From Squalus acanthias (lineage: Eukaryota), in the NCBI GenBank assembly GCA_030390025.1, contig CM059432.1, forward strand, positions 126,420,001-126,484,000: 64,000 nucleotides of DNA, given 5' to 3'. The position numbers were made by a program, and so were the translations under genes. How positions within the stretch are numbered: the first letter of the stretch is position 1; each line of letters begins with the position of its first letter. A model generated the notes under the pieces. That model was not told where the DNA came from, did not search any database, and saw nothing but the letters and a program-made list of their open reading frames with translations. Shown in pieces: positions 38,501 to 51,962 of this stretch.

Positions 38501-38754
38501 CACAAGTGGAGAATACAAGGGCGGAATCTCATTCTGTTGTGTGACAAGAGCCTGATGCAGAGCAGCAGCATTTCTCACAACACTACCTTGCAGTTTGAAG
38601 TTGCTTTTGCCGGATCTTGGAAGCACGACCCAAATGTGCTGCACGCCTACATTTCCATGTGAATTGGTCGCAAAGTGGATCCTGGTGTGCTGTGCAGGTG
38701 CAGACCGGCTGTGACAGTTTGACTATTTCACATATGCGAATTGCTGATGATAAT

Positions 38755-39526
38755 GGGCCATAATTTGCTGTCAAGATAACGGTGAGGCTAACGGTGCTCA
38801 ACGTTACTTATGCTCAAATGCTAAAGCAACTTCAAACGAGGGGCAGATGCGCGGTTAAACGCGGAAACACAAAAGTTGCTGTCCAAGATATGCCGCTCCA
38901 CATTTTGCTGTACGGCATCTCGCTGTCTGCCTCACCATTGACATGCATTGAATGGAGTGAAGTTGCTGTAGTTATGCGGTAGATACAAATTAAACTTGCT
39001 ACAGGAAGTTAAGTCTTGTCCATTTCAGTCTAAATACCATTTTAACAAAGTGATAAGTGTTAATTATTGCCAAAACAACCTTTCTACCACTGAAAATTAA
39101 CTATTACAAGTGTAGAGTCTCATTCCTTCAGGTTTTAATTGTTGTTGGAGATTTTAAAAATTTAAAATTTAAAACTTAAACTTTTCCTTTCTGTCTCTGT
39201 TTTTCTCTCTCTCTTAATCCAATCTTGCTTTCCCTCTCCATTTCTTTTTCTGTACCTGATTTGACAATAAATTCACTCACTCTAATTTACAATTCCTTCT
39301 CAGTCCTTGCACTGTTAATTTCACAATCCTTCGATCTGATTGGTTAAGGAGATGCTCAGTTGGTAGCCCTGTTCACTCAAGTCCCAGGTGCCGGTTTCCC
39401 TCACTGCGATGTTATCTGCACCTCCAACAACTTGTGGCACAAAGTATCATCGCGATTAAACGGGCAAGGGTAAGTCTAACCAACGGCTGACGCCGTTCAT
39501 TGTCCTGCTGTAGCAAATTATGGCAC
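38755..39526. mobile_element. Non-autonomous Harbinger-like element
   Basis: TIRs GGGCCATAATTTGCTG / TAGCAAATTATGGCAC (14/16 match), flanks AAT/ATT. Confidence 0.75.
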
Positions 39527-39704
39527 ATTGCAACGTGAAGTCACTACAGGGATGCCACTCGAACAGACGCATTTACAGTGCCCAAGACAACTGGCAGCAG
39601 TCAGGAAGACCCAGTGAAAAGCAGATCTTTCTGGTCGACAGTCTTAAAAAGCTCCAGCGAGTTTTGTTTCAGAGGTGGTGGCACATGAACAATATAACAG
39701 CCTG

Positions 39705-40310
39705 ACCAACGGTTCCACCACAGACCCAATTCATGTACGGACCGGGGTCAATTAAGGCTGTGTCATTGCACCAACGCTCTTCTCGATCTTCCTTGCTGCA
39801 ATGCTCCATCTCACCCTCAGTAAGCTCCCTGCTGGAGTGGAGCTAATTTACAGAACAAACGGGAAACTGTTCAACCTCCGTCGCCTCCAGTCCAGATCCA
39901 AGGTCATCCCATCCTCTGTCGTCGAATTACAGTATGCAGACGACACGGCAAGAGAGCCCCAGGTGGGCGGAGGAAACGCTTCAAGGACACCCTCAAAGCC
40001 TCCTTGAAAAAGTGCAACATCCCCACCGACACCTGGGAATCCCTGGCCCAAGACCGCACAAAGTGGAGGAGAAGCATCTGGGAAGGCGCCGAACACCTCG
40101 AGTCTCTTCGCCGGGAGCAAGCGGAAGCCGAGCGCAAGCAGCGCATGTCAACCCAAGCACCCCACCCACCCGCCCCTTCAACCACCATCTGCCCCACCTG
40201 TGACAGAGACTGTAGGTCCCGCATTGGACTCATCAGTCACCTGAGAACTCATCTGAACACCTGAGAAGCAAGTCATCCTTGGTTCCGAGGGACTGCCTAA
40301 GAAGAAGAAA
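39705..40310 (+). mobile_element. RTE-clade LINE fragment with internal deletion
   Basis: GCVIAPTLFSIF..YRTNGKLFNLRRL..ELQYADD joined to C-terminal WESLAQDR..CPTC.R.C.SRIGLISHLRTH and a (AAG)n tail. Confidence 0.85.
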
Positions 40311-41247
40311 AGCAGCTTTAATGGCAGGGGCAACACGGATGTGACAGGCTAAAGTGTGAGGTGTACTCTCATTTCCAAGCTAACTCTATTAAATCAAAAG
40401 TTTTTTTGTCGTCAAGGTGGTAATGGTGCAGATTATCATCATTTCTGTCTTGTTCGCCCTAGCTCAGTGCCTGATGTGACTCAGTTCCAGAGCACGTTTG
40501 CAGAGAACTGATCAGATGTCTGGTTTTAGACAATGGCTTTGCACAGCGCTCGTAACAAAGCCACTGGGTTCGGATGAGCAGCCGTGCTGCACAGTTCACA
40601 AAATGTACATTGTTAGTTAGTCTCTTCCTGACAAACACCATCATGAAATTACAAACGGAGTTGAGGTTGATTTAGGGTTTAATTATTTATTGAACACTGG
40701 AATATTATATAGGGAATTTAAATTTTTAAAAAGGTTGTATTTAGGATTAAGTAATGGGTACTTGCAGTTCCTAAATGGCTAAACTGATTTCTCCTCTCCC
40801 CCTTTTGTACAAGAAGTTCACACATTCTCTGATGACTTAGTTTGATGAAGCATTCATGCTACAGAGCACACAATACATGCAGGTACATACAACGAGCACT
40901 GCAAACGTACAGCAGAAATATATCTACAATTTGACACAAGTGACACTAAACTGGCAGACCTCCACTCAAAGGCCACCATCATCAACATCAAGCATTCGTG
41001 GGTCAGGTACACGATGGGCCAAATGAAAGCTGATCGTACCACTCTACACAAAAATATGCCTTAATTGAAACTTTAAAGAAGCAATCGAACTGCACAAGTG
41101 CAAATTCTTACACTTCCCACTCATTACTGATTCTCTGTGTAATTGCCAAACAGGCCAATTAGTCCTGAATGTTGGGCAGTTACCGACACCTACTAACCAT
41201 TTCATGAGGTTGAACAATTCCTGCTTAATAGGTCTGATTCATAGCAA

Positions 41248-41422
41248 AAGAAGAAAAAGCATTTACATAGTACCTTTTTACAGCTTTAGAATGTCCCAAT
41301 GTACTTCAAAACCAATTAATTGCTTTTTCAGTGAGGCCATGGTTGTTATGTCAACAAATGCAGCACAAAGCAAGGTCCCACACATAGCAAATTAAATGAA
41401 TGGCCAGTTAATCTATTGATTA
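41248..41422 (-). mobile_element. DeuSINE-like 3' fragment
   Basis: Reverse complement resembles 61400-61572. Confidence 0.55.
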
Positions 41423-41605
41423 ACTGGTCTTTTATCTCATTTGGGCAGTGGCTGCCTTTGAATTTTAAAAAAATAATGCGTTGTACTCGACATTGAGAAG
41501 TTAATTCATGAATGATTTTAGAGGACCCCTGCTCTCATCAAACTGAGGCCAAACTGTTTGAACTAATGTCATGTAAAACCCTTACAGTTCATAGACAGAG
41601 TATTT

Positions 41606-42035
41606 CATAGAATCATAGAACGGTTACAGCACAGTAGGAGGCCATTCAGCCCGTCCAGCTCGTGCCAGCTCTCTGCAAGAGCACTTCAGCTAGTCCCACT
41701 CCCCCGCCCTTTCCCCATAGCCCTGCAATTTTTTTTCCTTCAAGTACTTATCCAACTCCCTTTTAAATGCTATGATTGAATCTGCCGCCACCACCCTTTC
41801 AGGCGGTGCATTCCAGACTCTAACCACTCACTGCGTAAAAAAGTATTTCCTCATGTCGCCTTTGGATCTTCTGCCAATCAACTTAAATCTGTGTCCTCTG
41901 GTTCTTGACCCTTCCGCCAATGGGAACAGTTTCTAGCTACTGTGTCTAGACCCCTCATGATTTTGAACACCTCTATCAAATCTCCTCTCAACTTGCTCTG
42001 CTCTAAGGAGAACAATCCCAGCTTCTCCAGTCTAT
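41606..42035 (-). mobile_element. CR1 LINE 3' end
   Basis: LEKLGLFSLEQ.KLRGDLIEVFKIM; (TTCTATGA)n tail. Confidence 0.9.
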
Positions 42036-42340
42036 TTGTGAGAAAGGATATACTGTGATTTAAACATAGCAAAGCTTCATTATTATTGAAAAAATAAATT
42101 AAAACAAATACTGGACAATACCAAAAGATATATTTATATTTTATTCAAATCAAGATATAATCACACCAAGGTGATTGAAAATTAACATCTGTTGGTGGTG
42201 TACTTTTATGATAAGCTACCATTTATCTACATACAGTAAATAAACACTATAATACTTTATTGCAAATATTTTGATTGTACTCCAATCTGGTCAACCATTC
42301 TTATAAAAGTATATGATGAAAAATGTCACCAACAGAGTCC

Positions 42341-43062
42341 AACCCACTCCCGCTCTCCCTACACCGAGTCTGACCCACTCCCGCTCTGTGTGTGTTGGGT
42401 CTGACCCATTCCCGTTCTCCGTGTGTTGGCTCTGACCCACTCCCGCTCTCCATGTGTTGGGTCTGACCCATTCCCATTCTCCGTGTGTTGGCTCTGACCC
42501 ATTCCCATTCTCCGTGTGTTGGCTCTGGCCCATTCCCGTTCTCCGTGTGTTGGCTCTGACCCATTCCCGTTCTCCGTGTGTTGGCTCTGACCCATTCCCG
42601 TTCTCCGTGTGTTGGCTCTGACCCATTCCCGTTCTCCATGTGTTGGGTCTGGCCCATTCCCATTCTCCGTGGGTTGGCTCTGACCCATTCCCGTTCTCCA
42701 TGTGTTGGGTCTGGCCCATTCCCATTCTCCGTGTGTTGGCTCTGACCCATTCCCGTTCTCCGTGTGTTGGCTCTGACCCATTCCCGTTCTCCATGTGTTG
42801 GGTCTGACCCATTCCCATTCTCCGTGTGTTGGCTCTGACCCATTCCCGTTCTCCATGTGTTGGGTCTGGCCCATTCCCATTCTCCGTGGGTTGGCTCTGA
42901 CCCATTCCCGTTCTCCATGTGTTGGGTCTGGCCCATTCCCATTCTCCGTGTGTTGGCTCTGACCCATTCCCGTTCTCCGTGTGTTGGCTCTGACCCATTC
43001 CCGTTCTCCATGTGTTGCGTCTGGCCCATTCCCATTCTCCGTGTGTTGGGTCTGGCTCACTC
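42341..43062. repeat. 31-bp minisatellite, about 23 copies
   Basis: Unit CTGACCCATTCCCGTTCTCCGTGTGTTGGCT with recurring variants. Confidence 0.97.
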
Positions 43063-43264
43063 CTACTTTATCAATAACTGCATGTCTTTCGAGCTGAGCA
43101 TGTGTCCGGGTTGCTTGGTTCTTTATAACTACTGGCTTCTATTATCATGGGGCGTTTTCTGATCTTAGCTGGGGCAGCAACTGAGACTCTACACTTGGTT
43201 TCAGCATCCTGGGCTAGGGAGGGGAAGGATCACCCAGGGATCGCCCTCCAGCAGTACAGAGTGA

Positions 43265-46200
43265 ACAACTGCGAGGTAGTATTGCAAGAGCCTCAGTCCC
43301 TGCACTTGTCCAATAAATTCAAGGTTCTTGCAACCCTTGTGGACCAGTGTGGGGATGACGAGCAAACTGACCACAGCACCGTGGGGGGAGTAAAAAGGAA
43401 GGTGGTTGTAGTAGGTGACAGTATAATTAGGGGGATAGACACTGTTTTCTGCAGCCAGGAGCATGAGTCCCGAAGGCTATGTTGCCTACCCGGTGCCAGG
43501 GTAAAGGACATCTCCTCCGGGCTGGAGAAGAACTTGGAGTGGGAGGATCCAGTTGTCATGGTCCATGTAGGTACCAACGACATAGGTAGGACTAAGAAAG
43601 AGGTTCTGCTGAGAGAGTTTGAGCAGCTTGGGACTAAATTAAAAAGCAGAACCACAAAGGTCATATTCTCTGGATTATTACCGGAGCCACGAGCAAATTG
43701 GCATAGGGTCAATAGGATCAGGGAGATGAATGCGTGGCTCAAAGATTGGTGTGTGAGAAGTAGGTTTCGATTCGTGGGGCACTGGCACCAGTACTGGGGA
43801 AAGAGAGAGCTGTTCCGTTGGGATGGACTACACCTGAACCATGCTGGGACCAGAGTTCTAGCGAATTGAATAACTAGGGAGGTAGATAGGGCTTTAAATT
43901 AAATAAGGGGGAGGGGGGGGGGGAGGGTCCTGGTGGAGAGAAATCTAGAATGCTAAAGAGAAAAGACAAGGAAGCAGTGCAGGAAAGTGATTGGGGTAAG
44001 GATAACCAGATTGTGTCAGGAAGGGACAGAGCATACAAACAAAGGAGTGCACTAACAAATAGGGTCCGGGTAAGAAAAAATGGTAATAAGACAAATAGGG
44101 CCATAGTACAAAAAAAATGTTAAGATGTCTAAAAATGTTAAAAAGACAAATCTAAAGACACTGTATCTGAATGCACGAAGCATTTGTAATAAGGTAGATG
44201 AATTAACAGCACAAATAGATGTAAATGGATATGATATAATTGCGATTACGGAGACATGGCTGCAGGGTGTCCAAGGCTGGGAGCTGAATATCCAAGGATA
44301 GTCGATATTTAGGAAGGACAGACAAAAAGGAAAAGAGGTGGGGTGGGCCTTGTTAGTAAAGGATGAAATCAGAGCAATAGTGAAAAAGGATATTGGCTCA
44401 GAAAATCAAGACGTAGAATCAGTCTGGGTTGGAGCTAAGAAGCACCAAGGGGCAGAAAACATTGGTGGAAGTTGTCTATAGGCCTCCAAACAGTAGTGGT
44501 AATGTAGGGGATGGCATCAAACAGAAAATTAGAGATGCATGTAACAAGGGTACTACAGTAATCATGGGTGACTTTAATCTACATATAGACTGGCCAAACC
44601 AAATTAGCAATAATACTGTGGAGGATGAATTCCTGGAGTGTGTACGAGATGGATTTTTAGATCAGTACGTTGAGGAGCCAATTCGGGAACAGGCTATCCT
44701 AGATTGGGTATTGTGCAATGAGAAGGGGTTAATTAATAATCTTGTTGTGCGAGGTCCTTTAGGGAAGAGTAACCACAACATGATAGAATTCTTCATTAGA
44801 ATGGAAAGTGAAGAAGTCCAATCCGAAACTAGGGTCCTAAATCTAAACAAAGGAAACTACGATGGTATGAGGAGTGAGTTCGCTATGATAGATTGGGGAG
44901 CTTCATTAAAAGGCATGACGGTAGATAGGCAATGGCTAACATTTAAGGAACGAATTGCAACAGTTATACATTCCTTTCTGACGCAAAAACATAAAAGGAA
45001 AAGCGGCCCAACTATGGCTAACAAAAGAAATTAAGGATAGTATTAGATCCAAAGAGGAGTCATATAAAGTTGCCAGAAAAAGTAGCAAGCCTGAGGATTG
45101 GGAGCAGTTTAGAGTTCAGCAAAAAAGGACCAAGAGATTGATTTAAGAGGGGAAAAATAGAGTATGAGAGTAAACTTGCAAGGAACATAAAAGAGGATTG
45201 TAAAAGCTTCTACAAGTATGTAAAAAGAAAAAGATTAGTGAAGACAAATGTATGTCCCTTACAGTCAGAAATGGGAGAATTTATAATGGGGAACAAGGAA
45301 ATGGCTGAGCAATTAAACAAATGCTTTGGTTTTGTCTTCACGGAAGAGGACACAAATAACTTCCCAGGGAAATGCTAGGGAACCAAGGGTCTAGTGAGAA
45401 GGAGGAATTAAAGGAAATTAGTATTAGTAAAAAAAGTGCTGGAGAAATTAATGGAACTGAAAACTGATAAATCCCCAGGGCCTGATAATCTGCATCCCAG
45501 AGTACTAAAAGAGGTAGCCATGGAAATAGTGGATGCATTGGTTATCATCTTCCAAAATTCTATAGATTATGGAACAGTTCCTGTAGATTGGAGGGTGGCA
45601 AATATAACCCCACTATTTGAAAAAGGAAGGAGAGAAAACAGGGAACTACAGACCGGTTAGCCTAACATCAGCAGTAGGGAAAATGCTAGAGTCTATTATA
45701 AAGGATGTGATAACAGGACACTTAGAAAATATCAACGGGATTAGACAAAGTCAACATGGATTTATGAAAGGGAAATAGTGTTTGACAAACCTACTGGAGT
45801 TTTTTGAGGATGTAACTGGTAGAATAGAAAAGGGAGAACCAGTGGATGTGGTGTATTTGGATTTTCAGAAGGCCTTTGATAAAGTCCCACATAAGAGGTT
45901 AGTGTTCAAAATTAAAGCTCATGGGATTGGGGGTAATATACTGGCATGGATTGAAAATTGGTTAACAGACAGGAAACAGAGAGTAGGAATAAATGGGTCT
46001 TTTTGGGGTGGCAGGCAGTGACTAGTGGGGTACCGCAGGGATCAGTGCTTGAGTCCCAGCTATTCACAATATATATCAATGATTTGGATGAGGGAACCAA
46101 ATGTAGTATTTCCAAGTTTGCTGACAACACAAAACTAGGTGGGATTGTGAGTTGTGAGGAGGATGCAAAGAGGCTTCAAGGCAATTTAGACAAGTTGAGT

Positions 46201-47060
46201 GAGTGGGCAAATACATAGCAGATGCAGTATAACGTGGATAAATGTGAAGTTATCCACTTCGGTAGGAAAAACAGAAAGGTAGAGTATTATTTAAATGGTG
46301 CTAGATTGGGAAATGCTGATGTACAAAGGGACCTGGGTGTCCTTGTACACCAGTCACTGAAAGCCAACATGCAGGTGCAGAAAGCAGTTAGGAAGGCAAA
46401 TGGTATGTTGGCCTTCATTGCAAGAGGATTTGAGTACAGGAGCAAGGATGTCTTACTACAGTTATACAAGGCCTTGGTGAGACCACACCTGGAGTACTGT
46501 GTGCAGTTTTGGTCTCCTTACCTAAGAAAGGATATACTTGCCATAGAGGGAGTACAGCGAAGGTTCACCAGACTGATTCCTGGGATGGCAGGACTGTCGT
46601 ATGAGGAGAGATTGGGTCGACTAGGCCTGTATTCACTAGATTTTAGAAGAATGAGGGGGGATCTCATTGACACGCATAAAATTCTGACAGGGCTAGACAG
46701 ACTGGATGCAGGGAGGATGTTTCCCCTGGCTGGGGGGTCTAGAATGAGGGGTCACAGTCTCAGGATACGGGGTAGGACATTTATGACTGAGATGAGGAGA
46801 AATTTCTTCACTCAGAGGGTGGTGAACCTGTGGAATTCTCTACCACAGAAGGCTGCGGAGGCCAAGTCACTGAATATATTTAAGAAGGAGATAGATAGAT
46901 TTCTAGACACAAAAGGCATCAAGGGGTATGGGGAGAGAGTGAGAATATGGTATTGAGATAGAGGATCAGCCATGATCATATTGAATGGCGGAGCAGGCTC
47001 GAAGGGCCGAATGGCCTACTCCTGCTCCTATTTTTCTATGTTCTATTTTTTTTCTATGTT
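43265..47060 (+). mobile_element. CR1 LINE, 5'-truncated within ORF1, ORF2 spanning but disabled
   Basis: ORF1 esterase (GDSIIR, GTND, DGLHLN), APE YRPPNS / MGDFN, RT DFQKAFDKVPH, C-terminal ORF 46222-46956, tail. Confidence 0.95.
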
Positions 47061-48080
47061 ACTGCTATCCAGTGATTCCTTCTAAAATGCGTGCATGTAA
47101 TGAGAAGAGACGATCAGGTTCAGCCATGACATCCTCCTTCCAACACCCCACCACCCCCCAGCCACACAAATAGGCAACTGACACGTGCATTCTGATATCT
47201 CAAGTCAAGCATTGGCACTGTGGACAGGTACTCTGGACAGGTACATTGGAGGGCAACAGGTGCCCATTGAACAGTACCCCAGTCGTCAGTGCCCACAGGA
47301 GAGATGGGGAAAAAATTGGAGGAGGAGGAGAAAATATGAGTGTAACATCCCTTTATTGTCTGAAAAATCATTCTATAGTCCTGTCATGTGCAATTAAGAA
47401 AAATAACAAGCATTGCATGCTGGCATATCTTAAATGTTGCTAGGTAACGGTGCTCTCAGCTCAATCTTGTCAATGCCAATAAATGTTTTGTTGAAAATAA
47501 TCTGCATACAAACCAGGAAATGATGAGAAATATTTCATAAATATCAGGTATGTCCTGTAGAAATTATATCCATCCGAATTTTATAATTTAAAGGGGGGAA
47601 AAAACCCAAGAAACAGACCATAAAATAACACTGCTTTTGTTTTTAATTCTTGAAAGTGAGCATGTTTCTTCCGTTGGTGTTTCCACATTGACACAGAGCA
47701 TTCAACATATGTGCAAGCCCTCAAAGCAACATTTTGCTCCCTCTACATTTGACAATGAACCAAACATCAAACTCACCAGTTCAACTCGAATTCACAGCAC
47801 GTCTTCGACAGTCACAGAAAGGCTCAACCTCAAGCTGCAAAGCACCAATAACCTGCACAAAAAAAAAAATCCTAAATTAGCAGATGATTAACTGGCATCA
47901 AATACATCGATAATTACAGAAATCGCATTGTATGACACTGTACACAAACCTGTGCACACTTTAAGTACTGCACAAAAGATTAAATATTATTGCCTTTGGA
48001 ATTTCACAGGACTATAAAGACTGTGGTTTATTCCTAAAGTGGAATACTTTGTGTGTGAGGCACAGGGCTCAAACAATAAT

Positions 48081-48410
48081 GGGCCAGATTTTGCTGTTGC
48101 AGGGCATCTAACGGCATCTGCTGTTAGTTAAACTTGCCCCTGCACCCTTCAGCTCAAAACATATTTGCCCACTAAGTTGCTGAAAGTGCGAGCTGATAAC
48201 GGCGCAGCGAGGGAAGCAGGGCATCTGGGACTCGAGTGAGGGCAATCTCCTTAACGAATGAGGTTTAAGGATTGGGAAATAACCAGAGGAAGGACTGAGA
48301 ATTAAAGGAGGTGAATTCAACATCAAATCAGGTACAGAAAGATAAATAAAAAGAGGGAAAGAAAGATTGGATTGAGAGAGAGAGAGAAAAAGAGACAGAA
48401 AGGAATAGTA
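48081..48410. mobile_element. Harbinger-like non-autonomous fragment (38755 family)
   Basis: TIR-like GGGCCAGATTTTGCTG; shares TCAAATCAGGTACAGAAAG block with 30620. Confidence 0.6.
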
Positions 48411-48413
48411 AGA

Positions 48414-48591
48414 CTTCACTACCTCTTCTCTCGACCCCTCCACGGTGTCTAAATTGTCAGACTGCTTGTCCGACATACAGTTCTGGATGAGCAAAAATTT
48501 TCTCCAATTAAATATTGGGAAGACCGAAGCCATTGTTTTCAGTCCCCGCCACAAACTTCGTTCCCTAGCCACTGACTCCATCCCTCTCCAC
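48414..48591 (+). mobile_element. L2 RT fragment
   Basis: SKLSDCLSDIQFWMSKNFLQLNIGKTEAIVF matches 33800-33965. Confidence 0.85.
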
Positions 48592-49649
48592 TTAGTCGAC
48601 CATTTGTGGGCAGCACATTGCTGTAGCTCTCCACTTTCAATTTCGTTCTGTATACTTAGAAGTCATAATGAGAAGAATGAAGGTGAGGTATCGCCCACTG
48701 AACATTTTTTTCCAAAGTGCAGAAGAAAAATATTGAATATTGCCCGTTCAATTCAAGAGCTCTCTGACACAGCTTCTTACAAGTAAAAGAGCATTCTTCT
48801 GGTTGTCAAGTTCCGATATAAATGTAAAATCAGGTTTATACAGCAGGAGAGTGATGCACAGCTCCCTGATGTCTAGTCACCATCCAATGTAGTACTGAAC
48901 CATACAAGACCAGAAAGTCCCAAGGGCCAATTTTTACTCCCTATGGGGGCCGAGAATCAGGAGATTTTTTTACACTCGGGCCTCGTCTGCATCCCACCTA
49001 AACCCGGCGAGAAGCATTAGCTGGCTAACAGGCAGGAGCAGGATTTCAGGCAGTGGGAGGCCGCTGCCAGGAACCCAAAGAAACAGCCCCAGCACTCGGG
49101 TAAGTGGTTGGGGGAAAGGGGGGAGCGGTGGCAGGAGGGCATCATAGACAGGAGGAGCGGACAACGTTCCCTCTAAACTGCACAGCCGCGCATCTCTGTG
49201 CAGGACCGGCTTTTTCAACGTTAAATTTCGTGCATGCGCAAAACTGTGAATGGGCCGTGCAGCCGCATCCAAAAAAAATTAGGGGCAACATTGGGGGCGG
49301 GGGAGGGAAGTAACGGAAGCCTGGGGCAGGGGAGGCTCAAGGTCTCTTTGTGGGGCCTTAAGGAGCACTCATGTTCCTCCTGGCTCATGAGGGAACAAAA
49401 AATAATAATTTTACTTGTTTTCTGGCCCTCTTCTGACCCCGGCTCCTCTTGTCACCAGGTTGGCCTGGCAGGGAAGCCGATTCCTTGTACAGGCCTCTGG
49501 TTAAAATTTCAGTCAGGCCCTGATGATGTACTTGGAGCCCAATCTGTAATTTTAATGAAGGGCCCCACTGTCTTCTGACGGGTGTTCCTCTCGCCTGAGC
49601 TGACTTTCCTGATCTCTGTGGAGCCAACAGTTGCAGTATGACAACTGGT

Positions 49650-49735
49650 TTGATCAGCCATGATCTCATTGAATGGCAGAGCAGGCTCGAAGGGCTGAAT
49701 GGCCTACTCCTGCTCCTATTTCTTATGTTATGTTC
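49650..49735 (+). mobile_element. CR1 3' tail only
   Basis: GATCAGCCATGATCTCATTGAATGG..CCTACTCCTGCTCCTATTTCTTATG. Confidence 0.85.
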
Positions 49736-50747
49736 ATCACCCCTTTGCTAGAAAGCAAATATCTGCCAGAGTTTTCACAGGTACCCTGCTGGGCTGAGCA
49801 TGCAAACATATGCTGAACCATAAAGTGATTCAATATTACATTTTATGCTGCAATTATATTACTTCCGTGGTAGAATCTGTTATGGGAATGAGGCCGAACA
49901 GTGCCAATTCAATCGCGTTTTTTTCCCAACTCCATCACTTGGCAAATGCTGGCAGATTTAAATGGCTTCCTCCTAGGCCTCTGTTTTTTTTTCCTGTCTC
50001 CCCCTCAACCATCTGAAAAGGCTTCAAAAGCATCCAGAGGACAAAATATCACATTTCGCTCAAATATCCCACTGACTAAATGTGAACCAATCAAAAACCA
50101 ATTCTGTTCACTGGACAGGTGGGAAAAGCGACATGCCAACAACCAGCAGCCACCACAAAATGAACCCCTCAATCCAAACTTTGAGCAGCCACGTTATTTC
50201 CTCAGTTTATAATGTGTCTTCTCAAAGCTCTCTTCCATGCGCTAGAATTGTCAACTGTTTGCGCAGTATAGCGTCAGAGCCATGGGACTACACTCTCAAA
50301 GTAAAGGTAAATGCATGCTATTAAGATCACAAGCTTTTTGCAAATTAGTGTAACCATTTTATAAGTTGTAATAAGTACTTTGTTTTGAAAGTTTCTGATG
50401 CTGCTTGCTCTTGCCAAGTCCCTCAGCCCCTTGTTGGTGGATTATTCAATCTAATTCGTGCCTTGAAAGTAGAATGAGTGGTGCAGTGTTTATGACAGTA
50501 GCCTGCTGGTAGTTATGAGTTACAGTATGTGGTGATGTTGGGCTAGAATTTGCTGGAAACTTGCTTCAGCATACAACATTGCTATGTCGCAGATTTTCCA
50601 GAAAAATGCAGCGTAGGTTACTCAAGCCATTACTTAAGTCACGCCAACATTTCCTATGCTGCTCCACCATGACCCTCGCTGAAACAGTGAGAAAATCCTA
50701 TTATCATAGCTTCGCACTCCTAGAAAATCTATGGCAATGCACTGCCT

Positions 50748-50875
50748 CATGATGCGGAGATGCCGGTGTTGGACTGGGGTGGACAAAATTGAGAGGTCGC
50801 ACAACACCAGGTTATAGTCCAACAGTTTTATTTGAAATCACAAGCTTTCGGAGCTATCGCTCCTTCCTCAGGTGA
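50748..50875 (-). mobile_element. 128-bp hammerhead-containing insertion (family B) with 11-12 bp TSD
   Basis: (A)ATGCACTGCCT at 50736-50747 and 50875-50886. Confidence 0.85.
50838..50875 (-). ncRNA. Minimal type I hammerhead ribozyme (family B)
   Basis: UCAC-CUGAGGA-A-GGAGC GAUA GCUCC-GAAA-GC-UU^GUGA, perfect helix II. Confidence 0.85.
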
Positions 50876-50919
50876 ATGCACTGCCTACCATTTTTGTGGA
50901 GATGCTAGTGTTACAAACA

Positions 50920-51800
50920 CTGTGAACAGTGTTATAGATTACAAAACTTGCAGCCTGGGCAGTTAAATGGCAAATGAACTTTAACATAGATAAATGTGAG
51001 GTGATGCACTTTGGTAGGGAAAACAGAAACATCACCTACACCTTAGAAAATAAGAAACTGAATGGGATAGAAGAGCAAAGGGATCTGGGGATACAGGTGA
51101 ACAAATTATTAAAAGCAGCATCGCAGGTCAGCAAAGCAATTAAAAATGCTAACAAAGCACTGGGATTTATTTCCAGGGGTACAGAATTAAAAAGTAGTGA
51201 AGTTATGTTAAACTTGTATAAGACCTTGGTCAGGCCCCACTTAAAGTACTGTGCACAGTTCTAATCTCCATACTATAAAAAGGACATAGAAGCACTGGAG
51301 AAAGCGCAAAAAAGATTTACAAGGCTGGTAACAGAACTGAGAGATTACAGCTATCAGGAAAGATTGAACAGGTTGGGGCTTTTTTTCTTTAGAAAAGATG
51401 AGACTGAGAGGAGACCTGATAGAGGTCTTTAAAATGATGAATGGGTTGGACAGGGTAGATGTGGAGAGAATATTTCCACTTGTAGGAGAATCCAAAACTA
51501 GGGCCATAAATACAAGATAGTTACCAATAAATCCAATAGGGTAATAAGGAGCAAATTCTTTACTCAGTGGTTAGAATGTGGAACTCGCTACCACAGGAAA
51601 TGGTTGAGGCAAATAGCTTAGATGCTTTCAAAAGGAAACTAGACGAGTACATGAAAGAAAAGGGAGTAGAAAGATGTGCTGAAAGACTGAGATGAGATAG
51701 GTGGAATGGAGGAGACTCGCGTGGAGTATAAACACCAGCACAGACTAGTTGGGCCAAATGGCCAGTTCCTGTGCTGTATATTCTATTTAAATCTATGTAA
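50920..51800 (+). mobile_element. CR1 LINE 3' portion
   Basis: MNFNIDKCEVMHFG..LYKTLVRPHLKYC; tail. Confidence 0.92.
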
Positions 51801-51962
51801 TAATGTATCAAACACATAAGAACTGAAATATTGCACAAAAATTAGTTAAACTTGCTCATAAAATTGCCCCACCCCGTTGAAAATCTATCCAGTAAGTTTT
51901 GTCCCCAGAAGCCTACCCTTTCTCAGAATGCCGCAACAGGACCAAGGGGCTGAATGGCCTAC

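Noticed and set aside
42291..43060. Three overlapping 230-245 aa repetitive ORFs
   Set aside because: Artefact of a stop-free 31-bp unit; all three frames give the same permuted peptide
42341..43062. CRISPR-like periodicity
   Set aside because: Units are contiguous with no unique spacers, no cas genes, and the context is eukaryotic
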